From assembly GCA_965232815.1 (NCBI GenBank), contig OZ247427.1, forward strand, positions 724,846 through 788,845: a DNA stretch of 64,000 nucleotides, written 5' to 3'. Each line of letters starts with the position of its first letter. Position 1 is the first letter of the stretch. This stretch comes from Dehalococcoidia bacterium. Lineage in GTDB: Bacteria > Chloroflexota > Dehalococcoidia > Lucifugimonadales > UBA3495. Below are positions 19,674 through 28,854 of this stretch, in pieces. The translations under genes and the position numbers were made by a program. Under the pieces are notes generated by a model. That model was not told where the DNA came from. It did no database searches and saw nothing but the letters and a program-made list of their open reading frames with translations.

Positions 19674-20402
19674 ATGAGCAAATTCGCCATTCGCCACGAT
19701 GGACGCGCCCCCGACCAACCCCGCGAGGTCCGCATCACGACCGGTTCCCAGCAGTCCGCCGAGGGGTCCGCCCTGATTGAGATGGGAAACACCTCAGTGC
19801 TGTGCGCCGCATCGGTTGAGGAGGAGGTTCCCCGCTGGATGCGCGGGCGTGGCAGCGGGTGGGTCACCGCCGAGTACGACATGCTGCCGCGGGCCACGTC
19901 ATCCCGCCGCCGGCGCGACCGAGACTCCGGCGGTACCGCGAGCCGGTCCCAGGAGATCCAGCGTCTCATCGGACGCTCGTTGAGGGCAGCGACGGACCTG
20001 CCGGGCATGGGCGAGCGGGCCATCTACCTGGACTGCGACGTGCTCCAGGCGGACGGCGGCACGCGGACTGCCGCCATCACCGGCGCCTACGTGGCACTGC
20101 GGGAGGCGTTGCAGGGTCTGGTTGACGGCGGGGCGCTGGAACGGGTGCCGCTGCGTTGCGCGGTGGCAGCCATCAGCGTCGGCTTGCACGACGGGGAGTT
20201 GCTGCTGGACCTGGACTACGCCGAGGATTCCTCCGCCGACGCAGATTTCAACATCGTGATGACCGACGCCGGAGATCTCGTGGAAATCCAGGCCACCGCT
20301 GAGGGAGAACCGTTCCCCCGCCAACGGGTCGGCGACGCCCTGGCCCTGGCCGCCCGAGGAATGGAAACGCTATTCGCCGCCCAACGGAGGGCGGTGGGGT
20401 GA
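19674..20402 (+). CDS. rph: Ribonuclease PH
   Basis: [18 protein letters not shown]...[32 protein letters not shown]....G...[33 protein letters not shown]. The inner ATG 19674 gives the canonical N-terminus. Confidence 0.9.
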   Translation: MSKFAIRHDGRAPDQPREVRITTGSQQSAEGSALIEMGNTSVLCAASVEEEVPRWMRGRGSGWVTAEYDMLPRATSSRRRRDRDSGGTASRSQEIQRLIGRSLRAATDLPGMGERAIYLDCDVLQADGGTRTAAITGAYVALREALQGLVDGGALERVPLRCAVAAISVGLHDGELLLDLDYAEDSSADADFNIVMTDAGDLVEIQATAEGEPFPRQRVGDALALAARGMETLFAAQRRAVG

Positions 20403-20472
20403 TGTGCTAACATCTGTTTCCGGCAGATCGTTTGTGTAATGGGCGACGACTGCGGTAATCCGGATCACTCTC

Positions 20473-20943
20473 ATGACATTTGAACAACAGATGGAACAAT
20501 TCTCCATGGCACACATCCGAGCTGTGGCGGCCCGGGCAGGTTACCAGCTGACCAGGGATGAAACGGATACCGGATTGGACGGCACATTGAAGGGCGACGG
20601 CCCAGGCCGGCCCAGGATCGATTTCCAAGCGAAATCAACTTCTGTTGACATCCGAATAGATGGCCATCTGCACTTCCCATTGCCCGTGCACAACTACGAC
20701 ATACTCCGTGATACGAATGCCGTATCGCCTTCCATCTTGATTGTTGTGCTGATCCCACGCGACGAAAGCGAATGGACCACGCAGACTACGGAACAACTTT
20801 GCCTGCGCCATTGCGCTTATTGGCTTTCACTGGAAGGTCAACCACCCGTGCCCAACACAACCAGCATTACCGTCCATGTTCCGGTTGGCAACGTATTCAA
20901 CAGTGATCAATTGCAGTTGTTGATGAACCAGAGTATCGGGTAG
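20473..20943 (+). CDS. DUF4365-type PD-(D/E)xK (restriction-endonuclease-fold) protein
   Basis: 156 aa. The pattern E..F.MAHIRAVAARAGY......TDTGLDGTL....G....IDFQAKST.. followed by ..PSILIVVLIP fits DUF4365 (D-x-G-hD ... hQxK). GC is lower (50 per 100 nt at 20641-20740). Confidence 0.65.
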   Translation: MTFEQQMEQFSMAHIRAVAARAGYQLTRDETDTGLDGTLKGDGPGRPRIDFQAKSTSVDIRIDGHLHFPLPVHNYDILRDTNAVSPSILIVVLIPRDESEWTTQTTEQLCLRHCAYWLSLEGQPPVPNTTSITVHVPVGNVFNSDQLQLLMNQSIG

Positions 20944-22083
20944 GTGAATGTCATGCAGGTGACAATACGCGACCGAGGAGCCTTGGAATCTCTGTCCGTG
21001 CTAGGTGTTCGCGCCTATCTCAGTTCGCGCGGCTGGGTTAGTGATGGCCCGTGGGGACGTCGCAGACTGGCGACCGTTTACCTGAAAGAACAGGGTGGAA
21101 AAACCTGGGACTTGGTAGTGCCGAATCTGGACACTGTCACAGATTACGCCAGGCGAATTCTTGAGATCGTGGACACGTTGGCACGTGTCGAAGAACGTCC
21201 ACAATTAGACGTATTTTACGACCTCAAGAATGCGGGCGGCGACATAATCCGGTTGACCGCGAGGAACGGAAAATTCGACCAAGAAATGTCATTGAAAGAC
21301 AGCGCCGATCTACTAAACGACGCTTACGATATGCTCGTTGCCGCGGCGCGTTCCGTCGAAAACCCCCAGGCTGTTCACCGTGGCCGGATCAGTTCAGACG
21401 TCGCCGAATACCTGGACGCGGTCCGTCCCATGCCGCACCAATTCGACAGCTACGCCTTGGCCTTGCATTCGCCGGCTCCCATCGGCGTCGGCGAGCAGCA
21501 TGATATGGGCGACGTGTACCACATCCCTTTTGCCCGCCGGGCCACCCTGCAACTGAGTCGCGCTCTGCAATCAACCATCGACGCCGTGGGCGAAGCCATC
21601 GCCGAGGACACGATGGAACCGTTCCAACGCGCTGTGTCCGCTGGTGTCAGCGCCAATTTATGCAGTTCTGTTGCGGGGCTCGCGGAACATGGTCACGGTA
21701 TCGAGATCAGCCTGAATTGGGCACAAACTCGACCGGCAACAGTTCCCAGCCACCTCTACCCGTTCAGCGAAAACTCTGCGGGAATACTACGCGACGCAGC
21801 CGCGGACTTTCGGCGGAATGAACCGTCTTCCGCCGAGTTGATCACTGGCCACATCGCAAGGTTGGAAAGAGAGAAGCCGGATGAGTTTGACGGCAAAGCC
21901 GTCATACTGTCTGTGCGCGATGAACGTCAAATCCGCATCCACGTGGAATTCGCAGAACCGGACTTCGTCAGGGTAATCCAGGCGTTCCGGGATCTGTCCC
22001 GCATCAGCGTCACCGGGGACGTACACAGGGAGGGCAACACTTTTGCATTGCACAATCCACGCAACCTGACGTTGCACGAATAG
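20944..22083 (+). CDS. Hypothetical 379-aa protein, partner of the DUF4365 gene
   Basis: GTG 20944 directly abuts the upstream TAG, and there is an in-frame ATG at 20953. The frame is long and clean with coding-like composition. I can recognise no TM segment, no Walker A and no known catalytic motif. Confidence 0.6.
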   Translation: MNVMQVTIRDRGALESLSVLGVRAYLSSRGWVSDGPWGRRRLATVYLKEQGGKTWDLVVPNLDTVTDYARRILEIVDTLARVEERPQLDVFYDLKNAGGDIIRLTARNGKFDQEMSLKDSADLLNDAYDMLVAAARSVENPQAVHRGRISSDVAEYLDAVRPMPHQFDSYALALHSPAPIGVGEQHDMGDVYHIPFARRATLQLSRALQSTIDAVGEAIAEDTMEPFQRAVSAGVSANLCSSVAGLAEHGHGIEISLNWAQTRPATVPSHLYPFSENSAGILRDAAADFRRNEPSSAELITGHIARLEREKPDEFDGKAVILSVRDERQIRIHVEFAEPDFVRVIQAFRDLSRISVTGDVHREGNTFALHNPRNLTLHE

Positions 22084-22120
22084 GGGTCAGACGAACGGTC
22101 CTGGGTCCCCTTTGGCAGAT

Positions 22121-24781
22121 TTACTCCACCTCTTCTCCCTCAGTATCCAGCACGGTGAGGCCGTAGCCCAATTCGCGCAGCGGTTCCTCCACCTGCTCGC
22201 GGTCGCCCACGACCAGCACTGCGAGGCGATCCGCGCTCAGGTATTCGGCGCCCACCCGGTGCGTATCGGCCAGGCTCACGCCGGTCAGTCGCTCCTCGAA
22301 GGTGTGGAAGTAATCGTCCGGCAAGCCAAACTGGGCCACCGTCACCAGTTGCGCGAGCAGTTGCGCCGGGCGCTCAAAGCCCGCCGGGTACCCCAACCGC
22401 AACCCGTTCTTTGCGTTGTCCAGTTCCTCCTCGGTCAACGGACGCTCGCCGCTGATATCGGCGAACTCCTTGAGCGTCTCGAACACCGCTTCCCGGGTGA
22501 CCGCCGTCTGCACGCTGCCGCCGGCCGCCAGCAACGAAGGAGCGTTGTACCAGGATATCCCGGAGTTGTAGCCGTAGCTGTATCCCTTATCCTGACGCAG
22601 GTTTTGATTGAGCCGGGCTGAGAACTGCCCGCCGAACGCATAGTTCAGAACCGAGATCGCCATGTGATCCGGATGGGCGCGCTCCACCAGTGGCATGCCG
22701 GCCCGAATTACCGACTGCGCGGCTCCCGGTTTGTCGATCAGGTAGATGCGAGGGCCACTCCCGCCGCTGATCAAATCGACTGCGCCGATGCCGGCGGCCG
22801 GTTCCGCCGGCGCTGCCCAGTCGCCAAAATGCTCTTGCGCCGCTGAGATGGCATCGTCCAGGCCGATGTCCCCGGCCACCAGCAGGCACAGGCGGTCCGG
22901 CCGCAAAGACTCGCCATGCCGCGAGACCAGGTGGGATCTCTGTATCCCGGCAACGGTCGCCTCGGTCCCAAAGTTCGAGTGGGCGTACGGCGAACCGGAG
23001 CCGAATACCAGCGTCCCGAAATTGGACTCTGCAACGAACCCCGCGTCATCCTTGGCGCGCCTGAGATCCGTCAATCGCTCCCGACGCACCCGTTCAAGCT
23101 CGTGTTCCGGGAAGTTGGCGTTGCGGGCCACGTCAGCAGTCAGACCCAGCGCATACCCCCAGTGGCGTCCCAGAGTTTCCGCCGTCAGCAACGTAAATTC
23201 CTTGCGTGCCTCCGCGCCCAGCCGCGATCCGATGTGCTCGAAAGCCTCCGAGATTTCCTGGCTGTTGCGGTTGGTGGTGCCCTCGTCAATCATCGAAGCG
23301 GTGAATGCCGACAGACCGGGCAGATCCTCCGGATCACCGGTGGCGCCCGCCCGTGCCATCAGCGCGAAGGACACCAGCGGAAGTCCCGGCTTGTTGGCGA
23401 TGATGATCTCCATTCCATTGTCCAGGCGGCCTCGTTCCGGCGTCGGGGGAACGAACGTTGGCGTGGGACCTCCGTCGGGCTGCTGCGTGCGATCCGCCAC
23501 CAACGACGCCGTGGACAACGACCGCTCCGGATGCACCCGCATGCGCACCTGTCCGCTGTCCATGATCATTTGGTGCACTTTCAAAACATCCTCGCGGGTG
23601 ACCTTGCGGTAGTCGTCCATGACGTGGTTCAGGTGCCCCGGGTCGCCGGTGTAGGTGTTGAAGTAATTCAACGCATCGGCGCGACCGCCGAACCCGCCGA
23701 CGCGGGAGAGCATGCGGTAGTGCTGCATCTCGATGCGGTTGATCGCCCGCTCGAATTCCTCCTCCGTTGGAGGGTCGGTGGCGATACTGGCCAACACTTC
23801 CTCAGCGGCCTCCTCCACCTCGTCCAGCGTGTGCCCCTCCGCCGGCGTCAACTCCATCCGAAACTGGCCGGCGATTTCAGCGGCGTAGTAACTCACACTG
23901 GCCGACTGCGCGATCTGCTTGTCGTACACCAGCGTTCGGTACATCCGGCTGCTGTGCCCATCCGAAAGAATCGCCCTCAGGATGTCGCTGGCATCGTCGT
24001 CGCCCGACAGGTTTGCCGGCGCCAGGCGCACCGAATATTGCCTGGGCAGAGTCACCCGGTCGGTCATCTCCAGTTCAACGCGGCCCGCCAGGGGAGAGTC
24101 CGCCCTGGCGATGCGTCGCACCGCCGGCCCCGGGTCCAGGTCTGCGAAGTACCGCTCCGCCAAACCCAGCGCCTCGCTGGTGTCGATATCCCCGGCGATG
24201 GCGAGGCTGGCGTTGGACGGCGCATAGAAACGCCGGAAGAAGTCCATCACGTCGTCCAGGCTGGCGGCGTCCAGGTCTTCCTGCGAGCCAATGGTCATCC
24301 AATGGTAGGGGTGCGGGAGTGGGAACAGGGCTTGCTGGATGTGCCATTGGGCCATGCCATAGGGTCGGTTCTCATAGCTCTGCCGCCGTTCGTTTTTTAC
24401 CACGTCCCGCTCGGTATCGAATCCCTCCTGGTCCAGCGCGTCCAGCAGGAACCCCATGCGGTCGGCCTCCAGCCAGAGGGCCAATTCCAGGTAATTCGAC
24501 GGCACGTCTTCCCAGTAGTTCGTGCGGTCGCCCGTGGTGGAACCGTTGAGCGTTGCGCCAATCTTCTGCAACGGTTCGAAGTGGCTGGCCTTGTGGTGCT
24601 TCGTGCCGCGAAACATGATGTGCTCGAAGAGGTGCGCGAACCCGGTGCGTCCCAACTCTTCGTCCTTGGATCCCACGTGGTACCAGACGTTGATCGCGGC
24701 CACGGGGATTGAGCGGTCCTGGTGCAGGATTACGTCCAGGCCATTGGGGAGAGTGTGCTTTTCAAATGCGATGCCAGCCAT
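22121..24781 (-). CDS. M16-family zinc peptidase (pitrilysin/insulinase-like, two M16 units fused)
   Basis: 886 aa. The inverted zinc motif HxxEH is in GFAHLFEHIMFRGT. The second half repeats the M16 fold without the motif. Confidence 0.85.
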   Translation of the reverse strand: MAGIAFEKHTLPNGLDVILHQDRSIPVAAINVWYHVGSKDEELGRTGFAHLFEHIMFRGTKHHKASHFEPLQKIGATLNGSTTGDRTNYWEDVPSNYLELALWLEADRMGFLLDALDQEGFDTERDVVKNERRQSYENRPYGMAQWHIQQALFPLPHPYHWMTIGSQEDLDAASLDDVMDFFRRFYAPSNASLAIAGDIDTSEALGLAERYFADLDPGPAVRRIARADSPLAGRVELEMTDRVTLPRQYSVRLAPANLSGDDDASDILRAILSDGHSSRMYRTLVYDKQIAQSASVSYYAAEIAGQFRMELTPAEGHTLDEVEEAAEEVLASIATDPPTEEEFERAINRIEMQHYRMLSRVGGFGGRADALNYFNTYTGDPGHLNHVMDDYRKVTREDVLKVHQMIMDSGQVRMRVHPERSLSTASLVADRTQQPDGGPTPTFVPPTPERGRLDNGMEIIIANKPGLPLVSFALMARAGATGDPEDLPGLSAFTASMIDEGTTNRNSQEISEAFEHIGSRLGAEARKEFTLLTAETLGRHWGYALGLTADVARNANFPEHELERVRRERLTDLRRAKDDAGFVAESNFGTLVFGSGSPYAHSNFGTEATVAGIQRSHLVSRHGESLRPDRLCLLVAGDIGLDDAISAAQEHFGDWAAPAEPAAGIGAVDLISGGSGPRIYLIDKPGAAQSVIRAGMPLVERAHPDHMAISVLNYAFGGQFSARLNQNLRQDKGYSYGYNSGISWYNAPSLLAAGGSVQTAVTREAVFETLKEFADISGERPLTEEELDNAKNGLRLGYPAGFERPAQLLAQLVTVAQFGLPDDYFHTFEERLTGVSLADTHRVGAEYLSADRLAVLVVGDREQVEEPLRELGYGLTVLDTEGEEVE

Positions 24782-24865
24782 AAATCAGCGTTCCTTCAGT
24801 GTGTGGTGCCGCAATTGTAGCACCGGGCGGCGCTTTGAAACGGTGTCCGGAGTCGCCAGGACGGT

Positions 24866-25294
24866 GTGCTATATTCCAAACTGATCATCCGCATCCCGAG
24901 GTTCTTCCCATTGCTTTACGAAGTCGAAGTCGTTGCTGACGGCAACAGTCCCATGGATCTCAACCGCGTGTTCGACCTGCTGACGGACCCTCGATCCGTG
25001 CTGCGTATCGTCGCGCCCGACCCCATGGGCAACGACGTGTGGTGCGATGTGGTCGGATGGGAAGATGGCGCGCCGTGCCCGGCCATGGCCGCGCTGTCCG
25101 AGGACTCGGGCGAGGGAGTGATCATGCTGATCTACGGCGGTGAGGATGGTATCCGCCTCAGGCCGGCCGATGATACGTCCGGATGGGACACCGACGCCTC
25201 AAACCAATGGGGCGAAGCCTGCCTGATGCTCGGCAGCGATGTGGTGATCGAATACGCTCCGACGGACTGGGACTATTCCCAGCACCCGCACTGA
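24866..25294 (+). CDS. Hypothetical small acidic protein
   Basis: ORF with GTG 24866; an alternative ATG 24953 gives MDLNRVFDLLTD... The product is Trp/Asp-rich. I recognise no family. Confidence 0.4.
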   Translation: MLYSKLIIRIPRFFPLLYEVEVVADGNSPMDLNRVFDLLTDPRSVLRIVAPDPMGNDVWCDVVGWEDGAPCPAMAALSEDSGEGVIMLIYGGEDGIRLRPADDTSGWDTDASNQWGEACLMLGSDVVIEYAPTDWDYSQHPH

Positions 25295-25303
25295 CCGGCG
25301 CGA

Positions 25304-26593
25304 CTAGCCACCGGCCTCCGCGCCATCCTCACCAGGAGCGTCGGGCCACGGTTCCTCGACGGGCTTGACATCGGCGGTCAGCGTCGCCAGCACCCTGGGC
25401 ACATCCCGCCGGTATCCGCCCTTGCCGTCCTTGCGGGGCCGTAGGCGCGCCCCCGGCCCACCGTGCAACCGCTGAAATGCCTCATCGTCCGACGCCGGCG
25501 GGCTGCACAGGCTATCGTCCAGTTCGATTGCCGCAATGTACACCCGGCGCGCCGCTGATTCAGTCTGCCGTTGCATTATCTCGCGGTACAAGCGCCAACA
25601 CGCGGGACTCTCCAGCGCTGCGCCCGAGCAGACCAGCGCGACCCGGTCGTAGTTGCGGAACCGGTTCATCGGCGGGATCACCTGCGAGTTGTAGATGGTC
25701 TCCTCATCGTCCGCCAGCAGGCTCCAGCATTGCAGGCCGCGTTGGCGCAACTCGTCCTGCAACCACACGGTGATGTTGGCGTCCACCGTCGACCCGATCA
25801 GCAGGACCCTGCGATGCGGCGTTTCGCTCTGGTGCGGTTGAGCGTGTCCGTTGATGAAATCTGGCGGCACGCCGGCGGACAGCAGGAAAATCTCCGGCAA
25901 TCGAGCGCCCGACCTCGCCAGGGTATCCGCGCCCACAATGCTCGGTCCCTCGTGGCGCAGGGTTTCCAACCCCAGCACTTCGCTCAGATCACAATCCGCG
26001 AAGAGCGTCATGTCCACCACGACATCCTCAAGCAGCGTGCGGCCCAGACGAGTGCGCACCAACGTGGTGTTCCGGAGGTCGCAACGGGTCAGGTTGGCAA
26101 CGTCGAGGCAGGTGGCGGTCAGGCGCGCTCCGCTCAGGTTGGCGTCGGTGAGGTCAGACATGGTGAGGTCGGCCTCGGAGAGATCTGCTCCCGCCAAATT
26201 CGCTCCCACCAGCGTCGAAAAGCCCATATCGCAGTTGGTGAGGTTCGCGCCTCGCAGGTCGGCGTTGTTGAGGTTGCTGCCGCGCAGGTCCGACCGGGTG
26301 AACACGGCGCCCGACGCGTGGGAATCCTCAAAACTCGCGCGAATCAGGTTACAACGGGTCAGGTGCGCTTCGTGCATCCGCGCCCCGGTGAACTTGCCGT
26401 GGCGCAGGTCCGCCGAAGTGAGGTCAATTTGCGTCAGGTCGTCGAAAGAGAAATCAACGCCCGGCATCCGAACGCCACTGAAATACCCGCCCGACAGGTC
26501 GAGGTGGGCACGTTCCTGAAAGAATGTAGCGCGCCAGCGAGCTATGGCAAAGGCTCGCCTCTTGGCGACGGCGACATGCTCGGGGTTGGCCAA
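25304..26593 (-). CDS. Pentapeptide-repeat protein with a C-terminal TIR-like domain
   Basis: Residues about 30-215 are A(D/N)LxX pentapeptide repeats (..ADLRGANLTNCDMGFSTLVGANLAGADLSEADLTMSDLTDANLSGARL..). A linker follows (GPSIVGADTLARSGARLPEIFLLSAGVPPDF), then RRVLLIGSTVDANITVWLQDELRQRGLQCWSL...YDRVALVCSGAALESPACWRLYREI...RVYIAAIELDD. That last region fits a TIR beta-alpha pattern. Confidence 0.6.
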   Translation of the reverse strand: MANPEHVAVAKRRAFAIARWRATFFQERAHLDLSGGYFSGVRMPGVDFSFDDLTQIDLTSADLRHGKFTGARMHEAHLTRCNLIRASFEDSHASGAVFTRSDLRGSNLNNADLRGANLTNCDMGFSTLVGANLAGADLSEADLTMSDLTDANLSGARLTATCLDVANLTRCDLRNTTLVRTRLGRTLLEDVVVDMTLFADCDLSEVLGLETLRHEGPSIVGADTLARSGARLPEIFLLSAGVPPDFINGHAQPHQSETPHRRVLLIGSTVDANITVWLQDELRQRGLQCWSLLADDEETIYNSQVIPPMNRFRNYDRVALVCSGAALESPACWRLYREIMQRQTESAARRVYIAAIELDDSLCSPPASDDEAFQRLHGGPGARLRPRKDGKGGYRRDVPRVLATLTADVKPVEEPWPDAPGEDGAEAGG

Positions 26594-26625
26594 TCCACTA
26601 CTCCGCTCCAGAGACTGCGACTCAG

Positions 26626-27795
26626 CTAATCGTCCCCACCTACCAGCGCGGCCTCCCGGCCGGAAAACTCGGGCATCACTTCGGACGAGAAGATCGACAA
26701 CTGATCCTTGAACTCACTCCACGGCATTCCCTCGGGCCACTGGAGCACGATGTCCTCCAACCCCGGGTACTTCTCCTCGGTCTCCCGCAGGAAGTCGATG
26801 AAGTCGCCGGGCGAGCCGCAGAACCAGGCTTTCTGCGCGACGCCGTCCTCAACGCGTGGAGTGCGCGCCGGCGCGCCGGGCGTTCCCCATGGCCGGCCCT
26901 GTTCGTCGGTGTACCGCACGAATCCAAAGGGCGCGAACCACTTGTATCGCTCGTCGTGGAAGGGGCGGACCCGCTCGATGGCTTCCTCCCGGCTGCCGGC
27001 AATGTAGAAGCCGAAGCCCAGGGCCATGTCGCCGCCCAACGGGATGTCGCGGCCGGCGGCCACCGCGGCAGAGTGATACTGGGAGATCATCTGCTCGGCG
27101 TACAGTTCGCCGGTGAGGGCCACCATGGCCTTGATGCCGCGCTCGGCGATGTAATTCAGCGTGCGCCCGCTGGCGATGGGCTGCCAGATCTCCACTGGTT
27201 TATTCACCGGCCGCGGCACCATCGTGATTTCTTTCAGGTCGTAGCCGCGATAGGGTACGGTCGGCGGGATGGTGTAGTACTTGCCCTGGTGGCTCCAGGA
27301 CTCCTCGTTGAACGCCTTGAGGATGACCTCCATCTGCTCCAGGAACAACTCACGGTTGGCGTCGTTGTCGATCACCGGGGACCCGAACGTCTCAACCTCG
27401 CGGGAGTGGTAGCCGCGGCCGACGCCGAAAATCATCCGGCCGCCGGTCAGGATGTCTGCCATCGCGAAGTCCTCGGCGATGCGCAGCGGATGCCACATCG
27501 GGATGATGTTGAAGGCCTGCCCGAATTTCAGGTTCTTGGTCTGTCCGGCCAGGTGCACGCCCATGAGGATCAGGTTGGGGATGCACTCGTAGCCCTCGTG
27601 CTGGAAGTGGTGCTCGGCCATCCACATGCAGTAGAAACCGCGCTCGTCCATGTGCTGGGCCAGCGCCTGGGCGTGGTCGTATGCCTGGGCCAACTGCTCG
27701 TTGGAGTAGCGACGCTGGTCGGGTGGCGTGCCGTCCGCGCCGACGTTATCCAGGTCAATCTGCCCCACGTACAAAACCGAAAACCGCTTAATCAT
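26626..27795 (-). CDS. LLM-class (luciferase-like) flavin-dependent oxidoreductase
   Basis: MIKRFSVLYVGQ..., ..FYCMWMAEHHFQHEGYE.IPN.., ..GRMIFGVGRGYH.REVETFG.. are typical of the LLM family. Confidence 0.8.
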   Translation of the reverse strand: MIKRFSVLYVGQIDLDNVGADGTPPDQRRYSNEQLAQAYDHAQALAQHMDERGFYCMWMAEHHFQHEGYECIPNLILMGVHLAGQTKNLKFGQAFNIIPMWHPLRIAEDFAMADILTGGRMIFGVGRGYHSREVETFGSPVIDNDANRELFLEQMEVILKAFNEESWSHQGKYYTIPPTVPYRGYDLKEITMVPRPVNKPVEIWQPIASGRTLNYIAERGIKAMVALTGELYAEQMISQYHSAAVAAGRDIPLGGDMALGFGFYIAGSREEAIERVRPFHDERYKWFAPFGFVRYTDEQGRPWGTPGAPARTPRVEDGVAQKAWFCGSPGDFIDFLRETEEKYPGLEDIVLQWPEGMPWSEFKDQLSIFSSEVMPEFSGREAALVGGDD

Positions 27796-27952
27796 CCAGC
27801 CAAAACTCCGCTGTAGTAAGAATTTCGGCAGATTATAGCACGGGGGTAGTCGGGAACAGACCAGCCGGACCCGGGTGCCGGCACGTTATAATACGTGCGT
27901 GAGCCCACGTGGCCACCATCATGGCCCGCCGCGCTAACCCCCGAGGTTCAGC

Positions 27953-28666
27953 ATGACCACCGCCAAGACACCCAAATCGCAAAGCCGTTTCCGCTTGCCC
28001 GATCCGCCGGATCATCCCGACGACAAGATGATCAGTTTCAAGCAGCTAGCTGCGACCGGCCACGCCCATCATCTGGCCCGGCATTTAGGCGATCCTGAAA
28101 CCACCCTGGTCGCCGGCGAACGGTACGTGGTGGTGCGGCCTACCCAAAGCATGGCCGGTAGCCACTATCCTGACCTTCTGGTGGCGTTTGGCGTAGACCC
28201 ATTAGCCTACGAGGCCAGCAACGGATACATCATCGAGGAGCAGGGGAAGCCGCCGGACTTCGTACTCGAGATAGCATCCCGGCGCACTGGGCAAAACGAT
28301 GTGGGTGAAAAGCGCGATGCCTACGCGGCTCTGGATATTCCTGAATATTGGCGTTTTGACGAAACAGGAGAGTCCCACGGAACACGGTTGGCAGGTGACC
28401 GGCTGGTCGGAGACGAATACGTGCCCATACCCATCGAGGAAGCGGCTAGCAACGTGTTGCAGGGATATAGCGCGGCGCTGAACCTGAACTTGCGCTGGGA
28501 GGGCGGCGTCCTTGGCTGGTACGATCCCGACACCGGTCGGCACATCCCCACCTTCGATGGCGAACGCGCCAAAGCAGCTGAGGCCTCGACTCGCGCCGAC
28601 CAAGCCGAGGCCCGCGTGCGTGAACTGGAAGCAGAACTGCGTCGCCTCCGCGATTCGTCGGGTTAG
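27953..28666 (+). CDS. Uma2-family (DUF820) PD-(D/E)xK endonuclease with coiled-coil C-terminal extension
   Basis: ..SHYPDLLVAFGV.., ..KPPDFVLEIASRRT...D...K...YAALDIPEYWRFD.. is the Uma2 core. The C-terminus is RADQAEARVRELEAELRRLR. Confidence 0.75.
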   Translation: MTTAKTPKSQSRFRLPDPPDHPDDKMISFKQLAATGHAHHLARHLGDPETTLVAGERYVVVRPTQSMAGSHYPDLLVAFGVDPLAYEASNGYIIEEQGKPPDFVLEIASRRTGQNDVGEKRDAYAALDIPEYWRFDETGESHGTRLAGDRLVGDEYVPIPIEEAASNVLQGYSAALNLNLRWEGGVLGWYDPDTGRHIPTFDGERAKAAEASTRADQAEARVRELEAELRRLRDSSG

Positions 28667-28813
28667 ATCAGTATCTACCTCCAAGCATCGCCGAAGCCTG
28701 CCCGATGCTGACGCGGTAGTTTCTCACTTCCTCCGCTATTCATGGTTCCTCGATTCCCTGCTCCCCGGGGAGCGTGATCGCAGGCCGACTGCACCGCCCA
28801 CGAACCTACCCGC

Positions 28814-28819
28814 TATAAT
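28814..28819 (+). promoter_or_regulatory. Candidate -10 box TATAAT upstream of the SDR gene
   Basis: A perfect TATAAT lies 36 nt upstream of ATG 28855. The -35 is poor (TGCACC at an 18-nt spacing). Confidence 0.3.
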
Positions 28820-28854
28820 TCCCGCATTCCAATATGCAACAGGGAGGCAATCCC

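Noticed and set aside
22916-24712. 598-aa plus-strand ORF, and neighbours 22746..23612 and 23767..24549, opposite the M16 peptidase
   Set aside because: These are shadow frames. The products are Arg/Pro/Gly-rich with no motifs, and the minus strand carries the HxxEH peptidase.
24866-25294. Small acidic Trp-rich protein as an immunity protein for the neighbouring pentapeptide/TIR-like gene
   Set aside because: The two genes are convergent (stops at 25294 and 25304), so they are not an operon. I also recognise no immunity-protein family, which makes the idea too speculative to report as a finding.
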